A DNA stretch of 64,000 bases from an uncultured Pseudomonadales bacterium. GTDB taxonomy: Bacteria; Patescibacteriota; Microgenomatia; UBA1400; PJMF01. Position 1 is the stretch's first letter; every line of letters starts with the position of its first letter. Positions 37,278 through 47,600 of this stretch are shown in pieces. A model generated the notes under the pieces. The model was not told the DNA's origin. It worked only from the letters and a program-made list of their open reading frames with translations, and made no database searches. A program made the position numbers and the translations under genes. The DNA lies in contig CAZOVA010000001.1 of the NCBI GenBank assembly GCA_964583625.1, forward strand, positions 159,349 through 223,348, in the 5' to 3' direction.

Positions 37278-37292
37278 AATTCTATTTTTATT

Positions 37293-38234
37293 TTATTCTG
37301 TTACAGTTTGCCACTGATAATTATCCCAGACAAAATTTGCCAGTTTAATAGTTTCATTATAACGATTTCGGGCGGATAATACAACTACAATAATTTTTTG
37401 TTTATCTTTTTGGATAAGCGAGATTAAGACTTCACCAGCTAAGGGGGTGGTCCCAGTTTTGACCCCAAAAACATTATAAACCAGGTCTTTCCTTTGAAGC
37501 AATTGATTGGTATTGGAAATTTGCCAGCTGCGACCGCTATCATTTTTGACCGTGGTTTGTATTTGGCTAACGATCTCCGCCAAATAAGGATCTCTTTCTA
37601 ATTCCAAAGCAAGAATTGCTAAATCAAAAGCCGTAGTTTGTTGCTCTCTCTGATCAAAGCCTTGAGGATTAGCAAAGTAACTATTTTTTAGTCCTAAAAG
37701 TTGTGCTTTTTCGTTCATTTTTTTTATGAAGGCCTCTTTACCGCCACTAAGATGATTGGCCAAAATTTCTGAGGCCTGATTATTGGAATTAATTAGCATA
37801 GCCTTAATTAATAAATCAAAATTCACTCTTTCACCTACTGTCAGTCTTAAAGAATTTCCTCCCGTCAAGTCTTGTTCGTTGATGATAAAAGGAGTCTGCT
37901 GCTGGTAAGCTTCTCTAGCCACCAAGGCGGTCATCATTTTCACCGCCGAGGCAGGGTAAAGGGGTAAAAAAGCATTTTCTTGAGCTAAAATATTTTTAGT
38001 TTCGGCCTCCATGACCAAAAAAGCTTTAGCATTGATCTTTGGTTGAACTAAAGGAAAGTTTTTTGGTTTAACTACTGTTTTTTGATCGAGAAACCAACCT
38101 TGGCGTTCATTAATCGTCAAAATTTCTTTTTTTGGTTCTTTGTAAGTAAAGCTTAAATAAAGATTACCAATAACAATTAATGTCAGCATTAATAATAAAA
38201 GCCAGTTTATTTTTTTTAAATTTTGTTTTTGCAC
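37293..38234 (-). CDS. D-alanyl-D-alanine carboxypeptidase (peptidase S11, PBP5/6-like)
   Basis: SxxK (SAVKMMTA), SxN (NSNN), KTG (VKTGTT) motifs. N-terminal signal/TM. Confidence 0.85.
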   Translation of the reverse strand: MQKQNLKKINWLLLLMLTLIVIGNLYLSFTYKEPKKEILTINERQGWFLDQKTVVKPKNFPLVQPKINAKAFLVMEAETKNILAQENAFLPLYPASAVKMMTALVAREAYQQQTPFIINEQDLTGGNSLRLTVGERVNFDLLIKAMLINSNNQASEILANHLSGGKEAFIKKMNEKAQLLGLKNSYFANPQGFDQREQQTTAFDLAILALELERDPYLAEIVSQIQTTVKNDSGRSWQISNTNQLLQRKDLVYNVFGVKTGTTPLAGEVLISLIQKDKQKIIVVVLSARNRYNETIKLANFVWDNYQWQTVTE

Positions 38235-38251
38235 TCTTTTTTAATTTTAGA

Positions 38252-41044
38252 TTAATCGTTTTTGAATTTCAATTGAGTTTGGGTTTTAGCTTCAATTTCT
38301 GCTTGCCAACCGTGAGGAATGGTTTCTACTTCATAAGTAAACTCATCTCCTTCTTTCAAACCCAATTTTTTTCTTTCATCGGCAATTTTTCTCATCAGTT
38401 CTCTTGCTTCACCTTCATTAATTAATTCTTGAGTCAAAGTCAATTCAAAAACAGCAGTTTCTGCAAGATCTTTCTCTATTTTTGACAATTGTAAATTTTT
38501 AACATTGAGTTCAGCTTGCAAAATCTCTCTCGCTTCTTGATTTAAAATCACTGGCTCTTTCATTTTGAAAGTAACCAGACTTAATGGTTGGCGCAGTTTG
38601 AAGCCAGTAGCTTTTCTTGCACTTCTCCCAATTTCTAACATTTTTTTGAGTTGGTTAATTTGTTCAATTAAATCTTTATTCCCATCTTCCTCTTTACTAA
38701 CTGGCCAAGAAGTCAAATGAACACTTTCCAAACCACCACCTAAGTTTTGATAAAGAATCTCGGCGAAAAAAGGAATAAAGGGGGCAAAAAGCTGACTTAA
38801 GGTCATTAAAGCTTCTCCCAATATTTTTCTTGAAGCTGATTCATTTCTCAATCTTTCACGAGAGAGCCTCACGTAAAAAGTAGAGAGTTCTCCGACAAAC
38901 TCCACTAGTTCTCTACCAGCCCTAACAACATCATAGTCCTGTAAGCTTTTGGTCACTATAGCGGTCAATTTTTTAGTTTTAAAAGATAAATATTGGTCTA
39001 AAATAAAACTAGTGGATAGGCTCTCCCCTTCAGTTGGTAGACCGCCCCCAGCCTGGCGCCAAAAAACATAAATATTCCATAAAATTACCAATACTTGACG
39101 GCGCAAATGACCGACCTCTTGTTCGTCAAAGTTTAAATTTTCTGCCTTCATGACGGGTGAAGTCATAAGGTAAAGACGTAAAGCATCAGCCCCGTATTGA
39201 TCAAAAATTTTTTTAGGTTCAGGATAGTTTTTCAACTTCTTACTCATTTTTTTGCCGTCAGCTGCCAGAATAATGCCATTGACTAAGACATTTTTAAAAG
39301 CTGCTTCATTTTTTAAAGCAGTAGCCAAAACATGCAAAGTATAAAACCAGCCCCTGGTTTGATCTTGACCTTCAGAAATAAAATCAGCGGGGAAATTTTT
39401 TGCACTAGCATAGGGCATACTTCCACTTTCAAACCAGCAATCTAAAACCTCATTAACTCGATGATATTTTTCTCCATCCTTCTCAATGATAATTTTATCG
39501 ACAAAATGTTTATGAAGGTCTGTAATTTTCTGTCCACTAAGATTTTCTAACTCTGCTTTACTCCCCAAACATAAAAAATCTCCTTTTTCATTTTGCCACA
39601 AAGGCAATGGTGTTCCCCAAAAACGCTGGCGAGAAATTGCCCAATCACGAGCTCCCTGTAGCCACTTACCGAATCGTCCATGTTTTAGGTGCTCGGGTTG
39701 CCAGTTAATTTTTTCATTATTGATAATTAGTTGCTCTTTTAGAGCGGTGACTTTTACAAAGAAACTAGTAGTAGCATAATTCAACAAGGGGTGATCACAA
39801 CGCCAGCAATGAGGATAACTATGTTTAATTTTCTCCTTACGATAAAGACTATGGTTTTCATTAAGATACTTAATGATAGCAATATCAGTTGGTTGCACCG
39901 CTTTTTCCTCTATCTCTAGACGAACTTTCATGCCAGCAAAATCTGTCACTTCTTCAGTAAATTCCCCATCTAAATTAACATGATGTTTGAGTGGCAGACC
40001 TTCTCTTTTGCCCAGAGCAAAATCATTTTCTCCGTAAGCAGGAGCAATATGAACAATCCCAGTCCCGTCTTCCATAGTCACAAAATCAGCTTCAACAATA
40101 TGAAAAGCATTTTTAGTTTGAGCAAAATAAGGAAAAAGAGGCTCATACTCTCTTCCTACCAATTCACTACCTAATAAAGTTAATTTAATTTGATATGAGG
40201 TGTCTTTTACTACTTCCGCCAAACGTTTACTAGCAACAATCAAATATTCTTCTTCATTTTCAAGATCAAGAATACTATATTCCTCGTGAGGGTTGACAGC
40301 TAAAAGAAAGTTTCCTGGCAAAGTCCAAGCAGTAGTGGTCCAAGCTAAAAAAGCAGTTTTTTTGTCCAGACCTAAAGCGCTATAATTTTTTAATCTAAAT
40401 TTAACAAATAAGGATAAATCAGTGATATCCTTATAGCCCTGAGTAACCTCAAAGTTTGACAAAGGAGTGCTACACCGAGGGCAAATATGCATCGGCTTAT
40501 AGTCTTGATAGATCAAGTTTTTATCCCAAAGATTTTTGAAAACACCCCAAACACTCTCCATAAAATCTGGATCCATAGTTTTATAATCATGATCCATATC
40601 GACAAATCGACCCAACCGCCTAATAGTTTGTCGCCACTGATTGGCATAAGTCATTACTTTGCCCCGACAAGTTTCACAAAAATTATCGACGCCATAATTT
40701 TCAATATCTCGACGATTTTCAAGATTGAATTCTTTTTCGACAATATTTTCTATTGGCAATCCGTGGCAATCCCAACCCCAAGTTCTTTTAACATAACGAC
40801 CCAGCATTGTTTGAAAACGAGGGAAAAGATCTTTAGTTGTACTAGCTACCAGATGACCGTAATGAGGTAGCCCAGTGGCAAAAGGAGGCCCGTCATAAAA
40901 AATCCACGGTTGACCATTTTTAGTTTGGTCTAGACTTTTTTGAAAAATTTTCTTTTCCTCCCAATAATCAGCAATTTTTTCTTCCCATTGAGGAAAATCT
41001 GGTGTTTGGCTTAAATTTTTTATTTTTAAATCAGCTTTTTGCAT
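38252..41044 (-). CDS. ileS: Isoleucyl-tRNA synthetase, eukaryote/archaeal-like type 2 (start at ATG 41044; ORF-track 41101)
   Basis: HIGH (PFATGLPHYGHL), KMSKS (KMSKKLKN), editing domain, no C-terminal zinc finger of the type-1 enzymes. Confidence 0.9.
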   Translation of the reverse strand: MQKADLKIKNLSQTPDFPQWEEKIADYWEEKKIFQKSLDQTKNGQPWIFYDGPPFATGLPHYGHLVASTTKDLFPRFQTMLGRYVKRTWGWDCHGLPIENIVEKEFNLENRRDIENYGVDNFCETCRGKVMTYANQWRQTIRRLGRFVDMDHDYKTMDPDFMESVWGVFKNLWDKNLIYQDYKPMHICPRCSTPLSNFEVTQGYKDITDLSLFVKFRLKNYSALGLDKKTAFLAWTTTAWTLPGNFLLAVNPHEEYSILDLENEEEYLIVASKRLAEVVKDTSYQIKLTLLGSELVGREYEPLFPYFAQTKNAFHIVEADFVTMEDGTGIVHIAPAYGENDFALGKREGLPLKHHVNLDGEFTEEVTDFAGMKVRLEIEEKAVQPTDIAIIKYLNENHSLYRKEKIKHSYPHCWRCDHPLLNYATTSFFVKVTALKEQLIINNEKINWQPEHLKHGRFGKWLQGARDWAISRQRFWGTPLPLWQNEKGDFLCLGSKAELENLSGQKITDLHKHFVDKIIIEKDGEKYHRVNEVLDCWFESGSMPYASAKNFPADFISEGQDQTRGWFYTLHVLATALKNEAAFKNVLVNGIILAADGKKMSKKLKNYPEPKKIFDQYGADALRLYLMTSPVMKAENLNFDEQEVGHLRRQVLVILWNIYVFWRQAGGGLPTEGESLSTSFILDQYLSFKTKKLTAIVTKSLQDYDVVRAGRELVEFVGELSTFYVRLSRERLRNESASRKILGEALMTLSQLFAPFIPFFAEILYQNLGGGLESVHLTSWPVSKEEDGNKDLIEQINQLKKMLEIGRSARKATGFKLRQPLSLVTFKMKEPVILNQEAREILQAELNVKNLQLSKIEKDLAETAVFELTLTQELINEGEARELMRKIADERKKLGLKEGDEFTYEVETIPHGWQAEIEAKTQTQLKFKND

Positions 41045-41200
41045 TTTTATATTATAGCATGCAGGATCTTGAGAAATAAGCTTTGCGCTAATATTAAACA
41101 AAGTAAATAATTCACACTAATTTGATAAAACTGGACAAAGTTAAAGAGATTTGCACAACTTTTTATGTTTAGCAATCAAGAAATTTTGCCTTACAGTTTG

Positions 41201-41273
41201 AGCCTTCATCGGGATTCGAACCCGAGACCTCAGTCTTACCAAGACTGCGCTCTACCACCTGAGCTATGAAGGC
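41201..41273 (-). tRNA. tRNA-Thr (anticodon GGT), CCA not encoded
   Basis: Reverse-complement reads GCCTTCATAGCTCAGGTGGTAGAGCGCAGTCTTGGTAAGACTGAGGTCTCGGGTTCGAATCCCGATGAAGGCT. Anticodon loop TTGGTAA. Confidence 0.9.
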
Positions 41274-41309
41274 ATCAAAGATAGCAAATTATAGCATAGG
41301 ATTTATCTT

Positions 41310-41702
41310 TTAAATAAAACGGTAAAACCATAAAATAGCTAAGATCGCGCCCAAACTATCAAAACCGATATCACGAGCAGTCGCAGTTCTTCCTATGACG
41401 AAGCTTTGATGATATTCATCCAAACAAGCATAAAGAAGCGTTAGGAGTAAAGCTAAAAACCATTTGTGCTTTATTTTCCTACCCGTCTGTTTTTCCCACT
41501 GGCTAAAAGCCCTCAGCCACAAAAGACAGAGAAAAGAAAAAACAGCGATATGAGCAGTTTTCTTTAAGATGAAATCTCCCCAAAAAATATCCAAACTAGG
41601 TAAAACTGGTTGCGCAGATAAGAAAAAAATTACTCCCATCCACAAAAAAGGCCAAATAAAGGCTCTAATAGTCGACCAAAAATTCTTCTTGTGATTTTTC
41701 AT
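41310..41702 (-). CDS. VanZ-family membrane protein
   Basis: 4 TM. LDEYHQSFVIGRTATARDIGFD matches VanZ DE.HQ..PGR...D..D. Confidence 0.75.
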   Translation of the reverse strand: MKNHKKNFWSTIRAFIWPFLWMGVIFFLSAQPVLPSLDIFWGDFILKKTAHIAVFSFLCLLWLRAFSQWEKQTGRKIKHKWFLALLLTLLYACLDEYHQSFVIGRTATARDIGFDSLGAILAILWFYRFI

Positions 41703-42921
41703 TTTTGGAAGCTAAATAATTTTGCCAGCTATAATCTAGTAAAATTACTAGGCCCCCTATTATAACTATAATTGCTAAACTCCCAAAGAGTAATTTTTCT
41801 GGAAGGAGACTTTTCGTCTGGAGTTTAGCAGCGGGACTTGTTTCCCAGTCAGTCTCCATCATTGATGAAACAACCACTTTTTCCATTGATTGATAATTGG
41901 TTTTTGGTAAACTAAAAAGCTTATTTTTTTGCCACTGGCTTTGATTGTTTTTTATTGCTAAATCGATCTTAGTTTCTTTTTTATCTTCTTTTTCAGTTTC
42001 AGTCTCTTCGGATATGGAAACGGGTTTTTTAATTTTTTCTTCTAAGATTGTTTTTTCATTTGGGCTATCAATTAATTCGTGCCATTTCCCGAGACTTTCT
42101 ACCATAAGGGCTCCTTTATTTTGGCAAGCAGGATAATCAATTTCTATTTGAGTTTCACCATCAGTATCAAGTAAAAAAACCTTGCCTCCAGTATTAGGAG
42201 CTAAGCCACTGGCAAACTCTATTCGCTTACCAGCATTAGATGGTAAAACTAAGTCTGTTAAAGTCCGACTAGTGCCGTTTTGATTTTGTAATTTAAATCC
42301 ACGCATATTTACCGCAAAACTCGATAAATTTTTTAAGTAAAGCCATTCCTTTTCCCCAGTTTGGGGGCAAGGGTAAAATTCCAAAGCTTGTAATTGAATA
42401 AGTTTTTCTTCTTCTGTTAGTTCCGCTCTTTCTTGACAAAAATAATTACTTTTAGCTTTTGTTGGCAGATCACAGACTTGCCATTTTGTTTCCCCATCGT
42501 TTTTTCGAGCATAACTTTTCCCCATTAAATTACCTGGGTAAGTGATGCTATCAATTAAGTTTTGTTGATTGTCATAAAGATAAATAGTGTCGCCACTATT
42601 ATCCATAATGTTTCCAGTTTCTAAGATAAAAAATTCTTTAGCTTCAATACTAGCTTCTTTGTCCTTAGTCAAAAAACGGATATTGTTTTTGGCGTCAACA
42701 ATTTTGTATTCATGTATTTTTACCGCTAAATTTTGCGGATTATAGATTTCCAGCCATTCTTTTTCTTCACTATTTACTTGAGGATAAGGGAAAAGTTCGT
42801 TAATAATTAAACTAGCTTGGCAGTAGGCAGGATTAAAAAATCGCAGTAAGAGAAAACTTAAAAACAAAAATTTTTTCATCATTAAAAGATTATTGATAAA
42901 AAAATAATAAAAAAATGACAA
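41665..42921 (-). CDS. Secreted/membrane-anchored protein with two lamin-tail-domain (LTD)-like modules
   Basis: Signal peptide. LIINELFPYPQVNSEEKEWLEIYNP and LQALEFYPCPQTGEKEWLYLKN (LTD hallmark INE...EWIEL.N). C-terminal TM anchor. Confidence 0.6.
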   Translation of the reverse strand: MSFFYYFFINNLLMMKKFLFLSFLLLRFFNPAYCQASLIINELFPYPQVNSEEKEWLEIYNPQNLAVKIHEYKIVDAKNNIRFLTKDKEASIEAKEFFILETGNIMDNSGDTIYLYDNQQNLIDSITYPGNLMGKSYARKNDGETKWQVCDLPTKAKSNYFCQERAELTEEEKLIQLQALEFYPCPQTGEKEWLYLKNLSSFAVNMRGFKLQNQNGTSRTLTDLVLPSNAGKRIEFASGLAPNTGGKVFLLDTDGETQIEIDYPACQNKGALMVESLGKWHELIDSPNEKTILEEKIKKPVSISEETETEKEDKKETKIDLAIKNNQSQWQKNKLFSLPKTNYQSMEKVVVSSMMETDWETSPAAKLQTKSLLPEKLLFGSLAIIVIIGGLVILLDYSWQNYLASKNEKSQEEFLVDY

Positions 42922-42977
42922 TTAGCAGGTTTTGAAAATTTGTCTTTGGAGTTTTTTTTTGTTAAAATGTTTCCATT

Positions 42978-44630
42978 ATGTCAATTAAAACTTTTTCTGT
43001 TGACAGCCCAGTGGCTTATTTTAGTGCTGAATTTGCTGTCGATAATCGTTTACCCATTTATGCTGGCGGCTTAGGTGTCTTAGCTGGAGATATTCTCAAG
43101 CAAGCGGCTGACTTAGAGATGCACATGGTAGGAGTTGGACTTTTATATAAGGGGGAAGAAGCCAAACAGCTCATTACAGCTGAGGGAATTCAAAAGGAAG
43201 AAGATCATAGTTATATTCCAGAGAACAATGGTCTAGAATTGATCCGTGATACTACTGGTAATCCACTTTTTATTAAAGTTCATTTGACTCAGGTTGACGT
43301 TTGGTTACAAATCTGGCGCTATCAGATTGGTAAAACAGTTGCCCTCTACCTTTTAGATCCAGATAATTATCGTAATCATTCACATGAGAGACGTTTGGCT
43401 TGGGCTCTTTATGCTGGTACACAAGAAGAAATTATCAAACAACAATTAGTTTTAGGTATTGGTGGAGTCAAAGCTCTTAAAGCTTTAAATTTAACCCCAG
43501 CCTTATATCACGTCAATGAAGGGCGACCGAGTTTCTTACATTGGCAATTGATTCGCCAAGCCATGGATGATCAAGGTCTTAATTATAAAAAAGCCAAGCA
43601 GACGGCTATTGATAAAACTTACTATACTAATCACACCATTGTCTCGGCTGGTAATCAGACTTATGATCTAGACCTCATGAAAGCTTATTGTAAATATTAT
43701 AGCCAGAAAATGGATATTGATGTCACTACTTTACTTAAAGACGGAACTGATAAAAAAGGCCGCTTTGATGTCACCCTATTTGCTCTTAATACTTCTTGTC
43801 GGGCTTCTAGTGTCAGTTTGCCTCATTTAGCTATTTGTAAAAAACAATGGCCCAAATATAACTGGGTGAATGTCACGAATGCTGTTCACTTTCCCACCTG
43901 GAATGATCAAAGATTTTTAAATTCAGAGGTGACAGATGAAGAATTATGGCATTTTCATCTAGAAAATAAGAAAAACACCGCTCAACTTATCAGCCAAAGA
44001 ACTGGTTTTAGTTATGATCCTAACAGCCTAGTAATTGTTTGGGCTCGTCGCTTTGCAACTTATAAGCAACCAGACTTACTTTTCCGCGATATTGCTCGTT
44101 TGCAACAAATTTTACTTTCCACTAATCGTCCGATTCAATTAATCATGGCAGGCAAAGCGCATGTTTTTGACGAAAACGGCAAGAGAATGATTAGAGAAAT
44201 TATTGGCTATATGACTCAAGATTTGCCAGGAAGAGCGTTATTTGTACCAAACTATAATATGGAAATGGGCGCGGCTTTGACTAGAGGGGCGGATGTTTGG
44301 CTCAATACACCCAAACCAGGAGAAGAAGCTAGTGGCACCAGCGGTATGAAAGCGATTAGTAATGGAGTTTTACAACTGAGTTCTCATGATGGCTGGGCAG
44401 CAGAATTCGATTGGAGTGACGAAAGCACTGGTTGGGCTTTGGATAGTCATAATCTTTATGAAAGCCTGATGTTTTTATTAAAGGACAAAATTATCCCTCT
44501 TTTTTATCAAAGAGACAATCGAGACATCCCGACTAAGTGGTTGCAAATGATGCGCAACTCTATTAAATTGTCCGCTCAGTATAATGCTGAGAGGATGATG
44601 CTGGACTATTGTAATAATCTTTATCCTTGA
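42978..44630 (+). CDS. Alpha-glucan (glycogen/maltodextrin) phosphorylase family protein, short bacterial type
   Basis: N-terminal YFSAEF...IYAGGLGVLAGD...VGLLYK. PLP-lysine motif EASGTSGMKA. Confidence 0.8.
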   Translation: MSIKTFSVDSPVAYFSAEFAVDNRLPIYAGGLGVLAGDILKQAADLEMHMVGVGLLYKGEEAKQLITAEGIQKEEDHSYIPENNGLELIRDTTGNPLFIKVHLTQVDVWLQIWRYQIGKTVALYLLDPDNYRNHSHERRLAWALYAGTQEEIIKQQLVLGIGGVKALKALNLTPALYHVNEGRPSFLHWQLIRQAMDDQGLNYKKAKQTAIDKTYYTNHTIVSAGNQTYDLDLMKAYCKYYSQKMDIDVTTLLKDGTDKKGRFDVTLFALNTSCRASSVSLPHLAICKKQWPKYNWVNVTNAVHFPTWNDQRFLNSEVTDEELWHFHLENKKNTAQLISQRTGFSYDPNSLVIVWARRFATYKQPDLLFRDIARLQQILLSTNRPIQLIMAGKAHVFDENGKRMIREIIGYMTQDLPGRALFVPNYNMEMGAALTRGADVWLNTPKPGEEASGTSGMKAISNGVLQLSSHDGWAAEFDWSDESTGWALDSHNLYESLMFLLKDKIIPLFYQRDNRDIPTKWLQMMRNSIKLSAQYNAERMMLDYCNNLYP

Positions 44631-44653
44631 GAACTATGCTAAAATGATAAAGT

Positions 44654-47600
44654 ATGTCTGAACTAGCCTTACATTATGCGGGAATAGATGAAAAAGATTT
44701 TACTTTTAAAAAATCTGCCGACAAGAAAAAACAAAATTCTCAAAAAGAAGCAGAGATAACTGAAGAAGCCGAGGTTAGTCGTGAAATAGATTTTTATCTT
44801 CAACAAATCGACGATGAATGGGAAAAACCGCCTTCGACTTTGGAGGTTTTAAGCCCGGTTTTAGTTAAAGAAAAAGAGTTTTTTTCTGAGAAAGAAAAAG
44901 ATGTTGATATTAGTGATAAAATTGCTCAAGCAATTAATGATCAGTTCATCGCTAATAAGATAGAAACCAACTCAGAGGCAACTAGGTTTTTAACTGACCT
45001 GGGACAAAGAATGATTGAGGGGACAGAACTAAGTCAATTGCGGGTTTTTATTATTAAAAAAGGAGAAACAATTAATGCGAGTGCTTTCCCCGATGGGACA
45101 ATTTTTTTTACTCAGGCTTTGCTCAACTGTTTAGACACTGTTGATGAGATTGGAGCTGTTCTAGCTCACGAAATAGGTCATCTACTTAATAAAACCACCG
45201 TGAGCACTTATGGCAGTGAAAACTCAATTGGTCTAGGCTGGGCGCATGAAATGGCCAGTGACATCACTTCTCAATCTTTATTAGAAAAAGTTGGGCTTAA
45301 CTCTGGTGCTTTAGTGTCTGCTTTGAAAAAAATTGATGCAAAAGGCACAAAAGATGATACGTCAAGAAATAAAAGAGATATTGTTCATCAAAGTGCTCAA
45401 GCTAGAGCCTTTGAGTTTAAATTGGTTACGCAAAAACTAGACTCTCACACCAGCGATATTGATCAAACCCCCAAAGAACAATATGACTTTCTGCGCTCAG
45501 CAGAGATCCAGCCGACCAATTTTGAAATTTTGAAAAAAACTATCGATTTACGAAGCGAAGCTTTAATGACTCGAGTGCTAGAGAAGATGTCAGCCGAAGA
45601 CTTGGTTAAAACTAATCGTTTTTTGAGTGAATCTTTGAGTAAAAAGATCGAAGAGGAACAAGGTTTTTACGAGGAAACCCAAATTTATTATGATTTAGAA
45701 TCTGCTTTTATTCTTCAGACTAAAAAATCTTTAGATCAACTTTTGCAAAGAAGACTGGTCGCAGAATTGGATATCGATGAATCAGTGGCTAAGGCTATTT
45801 TTCTTATTAATGGAACTTCTAGAGAGTTTAATGATAAAGGATTAAGAGAGTTACAGCTTTTTAATTCATTTGAAGAAGTTTTGCAGGGTTTGGACGACCT
45901 ATCTTTTTGGGATAACTTTTTCAAACAAAAGAGAAATTTTTCTCCCTCTTTGCAGAAATTACTTTTCCAACCTTCGTCATATCATTATATAAATAAAGCT
46001 CCTAGAGCTCAATATCAAGAAATTTTTTTTGATCCCAAACGGTGTTTAGTAGCAGGAATGTTGAATTCTTCCTTCTATAGTTTAGAGCGTCAAAGCCCAG
46101 AAGAAGGAACTTTCTTTATTGATCCTAAAAAGTTTTTTATTCTATTTGATAGAATTTCTAATGAGCTCAATGAAGATATTAAAAAACATTTAATCGCAAG
46201 TTTTTTCTTTTTTTATTTTTATTCTAATTCTTTGGAAAATAGAGCAAAAATTTTCAGTTATGAAGAGCAAAAAGACTTTTTTACTGGGCTCAAAGCTAGA
46301 GGAATTAAATTTAATTTTATTAAGGAAAGAACAGACTCTGGTGAAAAAGGCCTAGAATTTGTAGAAAGCTTTTTTTCATCAAATACAATCGAAGCTTGGC
46401 GATTAGCTTATGGTGAATCAGCAGAACAAGACAATGAAGATGAGGGAATAGAAAAACTCTTTCAAGACTTTATTGATCAGCTCTCTTTTTTGGGGGGACA
46501 AAAAAATAGCGGTTCTTCCAAATCTTCACCTAAAGGTTTTACTCGTCAACTATCAGATTTTACGGAAAAAGTTCAAAATTTGCGCGTAAAAAGAGATATT
46601 TCTGATGAGAGTTGGGAAAAAATAATAACTGTTCTTAAAGAGAAACTGACAGCTCTTCATTTACCAGCCAGGGATCGCATTCTTGATCACGAAAACTTTT
46701 TTAGGCCAGTAGGACTAAAACATCAAATTGAAAATGAATCAGTTCAGCAGGAAAACCAAAAAGTTTTTGAATTTAAGACAGCTCTTTATATTTTCACCGT
46801 TTTGGATTGTCGAGAAAAAAACCAGCAAACTAGCCGACTAGCTAAGTTTTTAGCCGAATCGGATCTAAACTTTGAGACTTATGACTGGAAACAGCTTATT
46901 TATTTACTTCAGGGTATTTGGGCAAAAAAATTTCAAATGAGAACCTTTTTACAATCGGAACTTGGGTCAGAGGGAACTTTGCCTCCTTTTGGGTTTAGTG
47001 GGAACTATGATTTTACTCAATTGGAGAGTTTGTTACCAATTAAAATTCTTTTGGAAAAAATTGATCAAGCTTTTGTGCCCGCCGAAAACTTGGAAAAATT
47101 TTTAGTGTTAATAAAAGAGAAAAAAGACTTTTTAAATAATTTTTATCTTCCGAACTCGCCTCATATCTCTCCTGATGATGAGAATCTTTTTGATGACTCT
47201 TGGCACGAAATTTATTTTTGGAAAAATGAAAGAGAAAATCTTCTTTCTTTAATTCAAAATCTTGATCTTAGTAAAGAAAAAGCGACCGATTTCCCCACGA
47301 TTATTAATCTAATCACAGAGATCCTACCCAATGATGCTTCTTTGTCAGAGGTAAAAAATAAACTAACTTTGGCTTATCTGCGACAGAAAGAAATTCCCTT
47401 TGATCAAAGAGCAGACTTTTTCTTTCAGCAGACCGATTCAGAACTAGAGGGGGTAGAAATTCTAGCTAGCGAGATTGACGACTTAGCTGTTTATAAAAAT
47501 TTTAAAAGTAAAATAGACGCTTATCGAAAACGTTGGCAAAAAGAAAAAAAAGATCTTTCTTTGATAGCCTTAGCAGACTTTTTTTCCAGTTTTTTTAAAG

